A stretch of DNA of 64,000 nucleotides from Octopus sinensis (taxonomy: Eukaryota): the NCBI RefSeq assembly GCF_006345805.1, contig NC_043013.1, forward strand, positions 54,002,001 through 54,066,000, read 5' to 3'. The position numbers were made by a program, and so were the translations under genes. The notes beneath the pieces are model-generated. The model was not told the origin of the DNA, did not search any database, and saw nothing but the letters and a program-made list of their open reading frames with translations. Every line of letters begins with the position of its first letter. The stretch's first letter is position 1. Of this stretch, positions 40,253 through 50,998 are shown one piece after another.

Positions 40253-41636
40253 ACACACACATTCATCTCTGTCTGTCTGTACAGCCATTTGATGGCTTCC
40301 ATGCACTCTCTCTCTCTCCCTCAATTATTCCCCACGTGGCATTTGTTTGACAGAGCAAGAGTAAAGGGCATAAAATGCTGCACAGTGTGACTGAACTTAG
40401 CTTTATTTAGTTGCAAAGTCGTATTCGTAGCCACATAACGACCATGCTTTCACCTCATTGGGTGAAAGTCAAAATCTGTGTTGCTCACCATGTTGATACA
40501 GAAGCCACTCACAGAAACATACACCAAACTATTTTACCCTTTTATTAGCAATATCATTTTCTGTTTAGCAATTCCATTAGATGCATGTTTTAAATGCCTG
40601 AGAAAATTTAGCAGCTATATTGTCAGTTATGTTGGAGGGCAGTAATTAGCTTCAAACTGTAAAGGTTGTCATGTACAGTAGTCTCTGTTCACTAACAAAA
40701 TCAACTGAATATTAAAACAATATACTTCAACTCCCTGGCTGTGTATACCAGAACTGATAGAATTTTGCTGAGTACAAATTTTGTGTATACAAAAGATGAG
40801 GGTCTGTCTGATAAAGGATACAAGTTTTGAAGAAATAAACATTCTGTATTGATGTATTGGATACATAAACTGTTTGAATAGAAGCAGATGAATTATCTTA
40901 GTATGATGATATATTTAATGCTAGAAAAGATAATGATAACTGGAAGACATATAGGTTACTTCCTTCTGTGAGTAACTAAAGTTTCTATGAAGGTGTAAAG
41001 CAATGTGTGTGTGGGGGGGGAGGGGTTTAATATGTGTTAGTGAAACATGGATAGCTATTGCAGGTCATGTGTAACAATTGGAGAGAAATTAATTCAGTAT
41101 GTTCCATTGGATATGTGGTGTTAATTTGCAAGAAAAGCTGAAAGCAGATAAATTGAGAAAGCAGCTCAGCATAAAAATACATCGGCAGCAGATGTATGTT
41201 AAGAGATGATTGCATTGGCATGGAAATGTAATGCAAATTGATGATGCATGTGCAGTCAGTTAATGTTAGAATTGGTAGTATTAGTAGTCTTAAGTAAAAT
41301 TGTAGAGAATTCCTGAGAATGTAAGACTTCACTGATGAGATAGCATTTGAACAAATGCTGCAATGCAGCAGACCTGTCCAACCCATTTAAATAGGACAAC
41401 TTGTTTGGAAAGAATATGAAAAAGAAAAACAAAAAACCCTTGATATTTGGAGTTTTTCAGAGAAATAAATATTCATAAATAGAGATATTATGAACAGTAT
41501 AGGTTCTTCTCTTCATACTTGTATAAATCTTTTGGTACATTTAATATATGAGAGGTTTCTATCCTATTTGAAGCATACTGATATTAACAAGAAACCAAAG
41601 TTAAATTGATTGTCTAGCTGTTTGGTTTTGTTGCAG

Positions 41637-41685
<49 letters not shown>

Positions 41686-41809
41686 ATAATGTATATATAA
41701 TATATATAATGTATATATATATATTATAATGTATATATATATATATATATATATAATGTATGTGTATATATATATATATATATATATCTATATATATATA
41801 TATATATAG

Positions 41810-41844
<35 letters not shown>

Positions 41845-41917
41845 TTATATATATATATATATATAATATAATGTATGTGTATATATATATATAATGTATG
41901 TATATATATATATAATG

Positions 41918-41973
<56 letters not shown>

Positions 41974-42014
41974 ATGTATGTGTATATATATATATATATA
42001 ATATATATATATAT

Positions 42015-45000
42015 ATCACAATCAAGGAACGGCCATAATAGGTCATTCACCCACTAGAAATAACAGCCAAACGCTTCAACCGCAAAATAACATCAATTCC
42101 GTAAACCAGGAGAAGATTACAAAAACATTTACCCTGTAATTTCTTATACGATGCACCGTTTCATCTACTGTTTAATTTCTTATACGATGCACCGTTTCAT
42201 CTACTGTTTAATTTTTTCCCACTAGGCCGCTGGTGGCAAAAGAATTCTACAAAATTTTTTTGCCACCCTATATTGATTAATTATGAATTTTCTGGTTAAT
42301 TCCGTAATGGAATCGGCGGCTTATATTTATTTGCTGCCGATAAATTTGGCGCGAGTGCGATGATTTGAAAATTTTAGGTCAGATATGCCGAGGCAGGACG
42401 GGAATGCCTCGTGAAAAATATCTGTTCGACTTGGCTATTTCTTACTGATGAATCTAAGGGCCTATGGTAGATTGGCTTGATTTAATTTAATCAGGTAGTT
42501 TACCATTAAACAGTAGATGAAACGGTGCATCGTATAAGAAATTACAGGGTAAATGTTTTTTAATTTTCTCCTGGTTTACGGAATTGATGTTATTTTGCGG
42601 TTGAAGCGTTTGGCTGTTATTTCTAGTGGGTGAATGGCCTATTATGGCCGTTCCTTGATTGTGATGTTGAACTTAAAAATGGTATATGACTATTTAATTT
42701 TTTCCCACTAGGCCGCTGGTGGCAAAAGAATTCTACAAAATTTTTTTGCCACCCTATATTGATTATTATGAATTTTCTGGTTAATTCCGTAATGGAATCA
42801 GCGGCTTATATTTATTTGCTGCCGATAAATTTGGCGCGAGTGCGATGATTTGTAAATTTTAGGTCAGTATTGCCGAGGCAGGGACGGGAATGCCTCGTGA
42901 AAAATATCTGTTCCGAATTGGCTATTTCTTACTGATGAATCTAAGGCCTATGGTAGATTGGCTTGATTTAATTTAATCAGGTAGTTTACCATTAAACAGT
43001 AGATGAAACGGTGCATCGTATAAGAAATTACAGGGTAAATGTTTTTTAATTTTCTCCTGGTTTACGGAATTGATGTTATTTTGCGTTGAAGCGTTTGGCT
43101 GTTATTTCTAGTGGGTGAATGGCCTATTATGGCCGTCCTTGATTGTGATGTTGAACTAAAAATGGTATATGACTATTTAATTTTTTCCCACTAGGCCGCT
43201 GGTGGCAAAAGAATTCTACAAAATTTTTTTGCCACCCTATATTGATTAATTATGAATTTTCTGGTTAATTCCGTAATGGAATCAGCGGCTTATATTTATT
43301 TGCTGCCGATAAATTTGGCGCGAGTGCGATGATTTGTAAATTTTAGGTCAGATATTGCCGAGGCAGGGACGGGAATGCCTCGTGAAAAATATCTGTTCCG
43401 ACTTGGCTATTTCTTACTGATGAATCAAGGGCCTATGGTAGATTGGCTTGATTAATTTAATCAGGTTAGTTACCATTAAACAGTAGATGAAACGGTGCAT
43501 CGTATAAGAAATTACAGGGTAATGTTTTTTAATTTTCTCCTGTTTACGGAATTGATGTTATTTTGCGGTTGAAGCGTTTGGCTGTTATTTCTAGTGGTGA
43601 ATGGCCTATTATGGCCGTTCCTTGATTGTGATGTTGAACTTAAAAATGGTATATGACTATTTAATTTTTTCCCACTAGGCCGCTGGTGGCAAAAGAATTC
43701 TACAAAATTTTTTTGCCACCCTATATTGATTAATTATGAATTTTCTGGTTAATTCCGTAATGGAATCAGCGGCTTATATTTATTTGCTGCCGATAAATTT
43801 GGCGCGAGTGCGATGATTTGTAAATTTTAGGTCAGATATTGCCGAGGCAGGGACGGGAATGCCTCGTGAAAAATATCTGTTCCGAATTGGCTATTTCTTA
43901 CTGATGAATCTAAGGGCCTATGGTAGATTGGCTTGATTTAATTTAATCAGGTTAGTTTACCATTAAACAGTAGATGAAACGGTGCATCGTATAAGAAATT
44001 ACAGGGTAAATGTTTTTTAATTTTCTCCTGGTTTACGGAATTGATGTTATTTTGCGGTTGAAGCGTTTGGCTGTTATTTCTAGTGGGTGAATGGCCTATT
44101 ATGGCCGTTCCTTGATTGTGATGTTGAACTTAAAAATGGTATATGACTATTTAATTTTTTCCCACTAGCCGCTGGTGGCAAAAGAATTCTACAAAATTTT
44201 TTTGCCACCCTATATTGATTAATTATGAATTTTCTGGTTAATTCCGTAATGGAATCAGCGGCTTATATTTATTTGCTGCCGATAATTTGGCGCGAGTGCG
44301 ATGATTTGTAAATTTTAGGTCAGATATTGCCGAGGCAGGGACGGGAATGCCTCGTGAAAAATATCTGTTCCGAATTGGCTATTTCTTACTGATGAATCTA
44401 AGGGCCTATGTAGATTGGCTTGATTTAATTTAATCAGGTTAGTTTACCATTAAACAGTAGATGAAACGGTGCATCGTATAAGAAATTACAGGGTAAATGT
44501 TTTTTAATTTTCTCCTGGTTTACGGAATTGATGTTATTTTGCGGTTGAAGCGTTTGGCTGTTATTTCTAGTGGGTGAATGGCCTATTATGGCCGTTCCTT
44601 GATTGTGATGTTGAACTTAAAAATGGTATATGACTATTTAATTTTTTCCCACTAGGCCGCTGGTGGCAAAAGAATTCTACAAAATTTTTTTGCCACCCTA
44701 TATTGATTAATTATGAATTTTCTGGTTAATTCCGTAATGGAATCAGCGGCTTATATTTATTTGCTGCCGATAAATTTGGCGCGAGTGCGATGATTTGTAA
44801 ATTTTAGGTCAGATATTGCCGAGGCAGGGACGGGAATGCCTCGTGAAAAATATCTGTTCCGAATTGGCTATTTCTTACTGATGAATCTAAGGGCCTATGG
44901 TATTGGCTTGATTTAATTTAATCAGGTTAGTTTACCATTAAACAGTAGATGAAACGGTGCATCGTATAAGAAATTACAGGGTAAATGTTTTTTAATTTTC

Positions 45001-45194
45001 TCCTGGTTTACGGAATTGATGTTATTTTGCGGTTGAAGCGTTTGGCTGTTATTTCTAGTGGGTGAATGGCCTATTATGGCCGTTCCTTGATTGTGATGTT
45101 GAACTTAAAAATGGTATATGACTATTTAATTTTTTCCCACTAGGCCGCTGGTGGCAAAAGAATTCTACAAAATTTTTTTGGCACCCTATATTGA

Positions 45195-45201
<7 letters not shown>
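42015..45201 (+). mobile_element. Hammerhead-bearing ~490-bp tandem array (retrozyme or Penelope pLTR-like) with an inverted 5' segment, inserted in (TA)n
   Basis: The motif cccACTAG recurs at 42221, 42707, 43190, 43674, 44164, 44651 and 45139 (period 483-490). 42015-42172 is the reverse complement of part of the unit. Both flanks are (TA)n. No ORF is present. Confidence 0.9.
42437..42542 (+). ncRNA. Type I hammerhead ribozyme, copy 1 of 6 (CTGATGA cores at 42445, 42932, 43417, 43901, 44389, 44878)
   Basis: Stem I ATTTCTTA/TAAGAAAT; core CTGATGA; stem II ATCTA...TAGAT enclosing a long hairpin; GAAA; stem III CGG-TGCA-TCG; cleavage triplet GUA with predicted cut after 42534. Confidence 0.9.
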
Positions 45202-45238
<37 letters not shown>

Positions 45239-45298
45239 GTATGTATATAATATATATATGTATGTATATATGTATGTATATATATATAATGTATGTAT

Positions 45299-45339
<41 letters not shown>

Positions 45340-45639
45340 TATATATGTATGTATATATATATGTATGTATATATATATATATGTATGTATATATATATAT
45401 ATGTATGTATATATATATGTATATATATTAATATGTATGTACATATATATGTATGTATATATATTAATATGTATGTATATATATATGTATGTATATATAT
45501 ACGTATGTATATATATATATATATAATATATATATATATATATAATATATATATATATATTATATATATATATATATGTATATAAAATGCAATTTTAAAA
45601 GATGTTTATCTACTTTACCGGTTTCACTCTTTAGAAAAA

Positions 45640-46465
45640 GATTGTCAAAAGATTGACGAGTTTTGTAGCATGCCAACAGATGGCAGCATGTGGTTGCATA
45701 TGCAGTGAGAACTAGCAGTGACCTTGATGGAGCAGTGTGCTGAGTAACATCATGGACAGGAAGTTGGAACAAAGAGCAAATGTGAAATTTTGGGTTAGAC
45801 TTGGGAATTTTGCTACAGAGACATTGAGATGCTTCAGCAAGCTTATGGCAATGAGTTGTATGCAATGTTTTGAGTGGAATGGGTACTTCAAAAGTGGAAG
45901 AACATCTCTGGAAGATGATGAACCATCTCGAAGACTTGCTGCAAGCAGCATCCCTAGAAATGTGGTATTGTGATGAAGACTTCATCCCTCAGGGCCAGAT
46001 CATCGGTCAAGAGTTTTACTGCAATGTTTTTAAATGTTTGAGGGAGGACCTTCGGCAAAAGTGATGGGATCTGTGGAGCAAGAAGAATTGGATTCTTCAT
46101 AAGAACAATACAGTGTCACCGAACTTTCTGAGCTCATGAGTTTCTTGCCAAAACAACATGGCATCAATTCGGCACCTGCCCTATTTGCCATATTTAGCAC
46201 AGGCAGACTTCCATCTCTTTATCAAGATGAAAACACAGCTCAGAAGTCACCATTTTAACACCATTATTGAGATCCAAAGCAAATCATAGAAAGACCTTGA
46301 CTTGCTTTTGGAAAACAATTTCCAGGCTGGATTCCAAAAAAGGCAGGAATGCTGGAACCAGTGTATTACTGTGCAAGGTTACTACTTCAAAGGAGATGAT
46401 GTTAAAAGTTAGGGGAATAAGGTATTTTATTAAACATAAGTAGTCCTGGAATTTTTTGATACTAG
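45640..46465 (+). mobile_element. Decayed, internally deleted mariner (Tc1/mariner) element
   Basis: HTH region MDRKLEQRANVKFWVRLG..ATET...FKSGRTSLEDDE, a degenerate YSPDLAPxD region near 46170-46220 and a TIR remnant at about 46440-46463. Confidence 0.8.
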
Positions 46466-49400
46466 CTAAAACTAGAAATAGGCTTTGTTAGGCAGAAAAC
46501 ATTGTTTATTTAGTGGAAATTCAAGCATATATTTATATATTCAGGGGATAAAATTCTTCATATATTTTCATCAGTTACTTTTTGTGTGATGGAGTGGGAA
46601 GAGAGAATAAAACTGATTTCATTTGTAAACTTGATAAGTTGGAATCATTGCAGTTTAGTAGTTGGAGAGAATAATTCAAAACATGCTGCCTTTAGAGAAA
46701 TGTAGTTCTGTTGACAAAGACATATACGAAAAATGTTGGGTGCTGTATGTTTACAAAAGAGTCTCAGCATGTTTAGCTCTAAAAAGATTTCCAGGTAATG
46801 TAAACCTGTTTATGCAGGGATTTCTATGAGATTTTCTCGGAGAATGTCAGACTTGGCATTTGTTTTAGGCCTGATGTTTTCAAGTGGTTTTTGTGATTTG
46901 TTTCTATTAATAAATAATAATGACTGAAGAAATAAGATTAAACTTTGGTGCAAGCTATGCATTCAAAAATACCATGAAGTAAAATTTTACAAATTAATTT
47001 ATTTTAAATGATGTTGACCAATTATATTAAAATATTGTGAGTTATGTTTGTAGTATAAAAAAACAAACACTAAGGATCTTAAAGAGTAGAAAAGATGCAC
47101 TAGGACAGTATCCAAACTATCCTGAAGTTGTTTACAAATCATGTGTCTGCTGATATACTTCTTCTCAATTGCCATGAGTTCCCAGCTGCTCTTCCTTTAT
47201 TCGGTGATATAACAAATAGATAATTGGGAAACACGCACACAGTAACACTTCATACAAATGTCTAAATTTGTATTCTTGTGTATGCATGACATCATCTAGA
47301 ATACTTTGGGTCAAGAAACCTCTCTGGTGATCTACCCATGATATACCTTCCATCTTTAGATTGCCATTGTGCTCAGAGAATATCTTTTGATTTTTCACCT
47401 GTTGTATCATTGACTGGTAACAGTTCAGTTTTGCTAAAGGTTAAATCGTTATGCCTGTACAAATATTTTTAGCATCATACAATTTTAAATAATTTTAAGA
47501 TATGTGCTTTCATCAAGTAGGAAATTCAAGCATGACCATCATGTTAAATAGCAATTAATTGTTATACCTGTTTCATAAGATAATACTTAGGTGTCATAAG
47601 TGTTGTTCTGCCCATAAAATAAAGTTCTTTTGTTTGTTTAATGTCCTTGTTTTTTTTTTATCTTGCAATGCCAGCATGGTCATAGATTTATTTAGGATAG
47701 AATTTCACAGTCAGGTTCTTTTCATGTCGCCCCAACCCTCATGTTTCTCAAATGATGAATATCTTCATTCCACAGGTCTTTGAAAGGGGAAAATGATATG
47801 TCAGGATGTGAGTAAGGAATGCTAACATCAGCACTGCTTAGCTTATGTTATGATGTGTGTGGAATACGTAAACATCATCACACTTTCGCAAGCAGATATG
47901 CATGCATACACACATTTATTCACAATGGGTTTCCAGCAATCTCTGTCTAGCAAATACACTTCCATGGCATTGATTGGTCTGGGTTTCACCTTGGAATCGA
48001 ATTCAGAAGTGAATGGTTGAGAAGCAAACACTTAATCATACAGCCATACATGTGCCCTTGTGATTGTTAGGTAGTATTTCAGACTGATTTACAAAGAAGG
48101 CTTTTTTTTTTTTTTGGTTTAAGGTACAGTAATAGATTTACAAGTAATAGATTTACAGAGAGATGTATCAGTTATAAGTAAATACACTGGATTTGGTGTT
48201 TATTAATTACACATCAGGTAAATAAGTTTGAAATGAAAAAGTGGAAAATAAAGTATTGTAACTGGAATGTTATTTTTGTTAATAATTTATGGAAGCAAAA
48301 CTAGCAAACAATATTAACTTTACAAGATAGCAAAAACACAATGCCATTGTTGTCCCCTTCTTGGGATGTATTTACTATTTTATGTGGAACCAATATAATA
48401 TTATTTATTTACAATGATACCTGCAGGCATAACCATTATTCTGTTGTAGCAGATGTCAGGTACTAGTGATTATTGCAACTTTCTCCTTGTAAATAAACAT
48501 CTGAAGGAATGTTTATGGAATCCAAACCTTGTTGTTATAAAGCACTGGAATTCTTCATTGTTATTCTTATTTGTCATTTTTAATACTCCCAAACAATCTG
48601 GCTAAAATTCAGTCCTATCTAATTCCTTTTGCTATTTACCAAAATCTGAACTATTTCATTTTTATTACTTCTACATAATTATTGGAGACTTTGGTAAAAG
48701 TAGCGATTCCAGAAAAGAAGATAAGGAAATTTCATCTTCCTGTATTTGAATACAAAGGAATTAGGATTTCAAAATCTGAGCAGATAGATTGTAAGCACTC
48801 TGTGGTACCCTGAAATTGGCTAACTATATTGAATAGTAGGAAACATTAGGACGTATGAAAATTAGACAATTATAGTTACCCTCCCATTTGATTGAAGCAA
48901 ATTCTGGATTTACTAAAGAATTTTGCGTAAAATTCCAGAAGACAAATTGGGAGAACTATACATTTTTAACTGATATTTTACAACATGAGATGCCACGTCA
49001 TGTTTCTGCTATGTAGGTACTTTAGGATCTCTAGGCCTGTACATTTGAAATTGATTATAGTACTCTGTTAGATCCAGAGATATGCACAAACATAACTTTT
49101 TCAATGTATTTCCCTTTGACATGAACCATTTTGTTGTGCAAAACCATTGCATCTAAGGATCTCAAAGTACCTTCATAGCAGAAACACAAGATGGTTTCTT
49201 ATATGTTGCAAAATATTAATTAAAGATATATAATCCTCCATTTTCCATTGTTTTTCTATATTGTTGAATGTTTAGATTTTGCATATTTTTGTTGGCCTCC
49301 TGAAATTACTTAAGCTCTAATAAGAAAAATACATCAGCTCATCACAACCAAATTTGTTACAGACTCTATAATGCTTAGTGCTTAGTGCTTCTCTATAATA

Positions 49401-49552
49401 ATCTATTCCTTGGATAGCCATGTGTGTCACTGTCTGAATCACTTTATTTCCAAACAGCCTTAATCTGTGCACCTCTGAACAACCTCTACTCAGACATTAC
49501 ATTTTTCACTTAGAGCATCTGATTATATCAACTCACTCCACTTAACAATTTT

Positions 49553-49588
<36 letters not shown>

Positions 49589-49934
49589 TTTGTTTTCCAA
49601 CTGGAGTTTCTATGTATCTGCACTACAGCAAACACCTGTATCTGTCCCCTGCATACCCTAAATCTCTCAACTGGAACAAAGTCACCCCCACGAAATACTA
49701 TTCTCCCCCCCACCCCAGTTGAGGAGGTTTGTCTTGCAAGCTATTCGGTGATCCTCTTGGTGCAGGTGCCTCTCTGTGAAGTGGTTAGCATTTGTAAAGG
49801 CTTCCAGCCATAGAAACCTTGCCAAAACAAACAATTGGAGTCTTTGGAGTCTGGGGAAGCTCCTGGCCATGCCAGCCTCTGTCAAATCATCCACCCTATA
49901 TCAGTATGGAAAACAGAAGTTAAAGGATAATGAA

Positions 49935-49979
<45 letters not shown>

Positions 49980-50118
49980 GAGGGCATTATACATACATGC
50001 CAGAGAGCATTATACATACATGCCACACGCTAAGAGGGACAATTAGTCATTTCTACCAAAAAATATTACTAATCCCACCGAATGCAATTTTTCAAAATAA
50101 GACATTTAAAAAATATAG

Positions 50119-50162
50119 ACCTGTATCACAGTGATTTCATACTTACGTATTCATCAGCAGGC
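50119..50162 (-). ncRNA. Minimal type I hammerhead ribozyme (inverted copy)
   Basis: Reverse complement of 50652-50695. Confidence 0.85.
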
Positions 50163-50651
50163 CTGAATGTATCATAAATAAACGACCCTGCCCCGCTTAA
50201 GCCGATCAGCTAACTGATCAACATCAACGAAGCACATGGGTGAGTTTACATATATTACATCCTGTAAATGGCATACTTTTACGAATTGCATTTCGGGAGA
50301 GGAAAAGTTTTTTCGGAATAAAAATTTAGCAATTAAGGACAACTACTTAATAAGGAAAACTTAACAAGAAATTGTCAGGTAGATAGCGTGAAAACCTCAT
50401 AAGAGAATAAATTTCGAGGTTTTCACGCTATCTACCTGACAATTTCTTGTTAAGTTTTCCTTATTAAGTAGTTGTCCTTAATTGCTAAATTTTTATTCCG
50501 AAAAAACTTTTCCTCTCCCGAAATGCAATTCGTAAAAGTATGCCATTTACAGGATGTAATATATGTAAACTCACCCATGTGCTTCGTTGATGTTGATCAG
50601 TTAGCTGATCGGCTTAAGCGGGGCAGGGTCGTTTATTTATGATACATTCAG

Positions 50652-50695
50652 GCCTGCTGATGAATACGTAAGTATGAAATCACTGTGATACAGGT
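50652..50695 (+). ncRNA. Minimal type I hammerhead ribozyme
   Basis: GCCTG CTGATGA ATAC-GTAA-GTAT GAAA TCAC-T-GTGA TA CAGGT. The core is intact, stem III is near-palindromic and the cleavage triplet is AUA (cut after 50690). Confidence 0.88.
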
Positions 50696-50961
50696 CTATA
50701 TTTTTTAAATGTCTTATTTTGAAAAATTGCATTCGGTGGGATTAGTAATATTTTTTGGTAGAAATGACTAATTGTCCCTCTTAGCGTGTGGCATGTATGT
50801 ATAATGCTCTCTGGCATGTATGTATAATGCCCTCTATATATAAATTAATATGTTCAATAAGAAATAATTATTTTCGAAATTTATTCTCTTATGAGGTTTT
50901 CACGCTATCTACCTGACAATTTCTTGTTAAGTTTTCCTTATTAAGTAGTTGTCCTTAATTG

Positions 50962-50998
<37 letters not shown>

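Larger units (their letters stand above)
49970..50963. mobile_element. Hammerhead-bearing inverted plus partial-tandem element (477-bp unit) in (TA)n
   Basis: 49970-50398 is a near-perfect reverse complement of 50416-50844. gaggttttcacgc occurs at 50416 and 50893, giving a 477-bp period. Both flanks are (TA)n. Confidence 0.88.

Noticed and set aside
42207-45201. Array considered as a CRISPR array, rDNA/5S/snRNA cluster or plain satellite
   Set aside because: There are no unique spacers and no rRNA or snRNA similarity that I recognise. The hammerhead, inverted 5' arm and TA flanks fit a retro-mobilised element better.
42207-45201. Single-base differences between array units as evidence of evolution
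   Set aside because: Most are scattered 1-nt deletions typical of unpolished long-read error, so unit divergence and exact copy number are unreliable.
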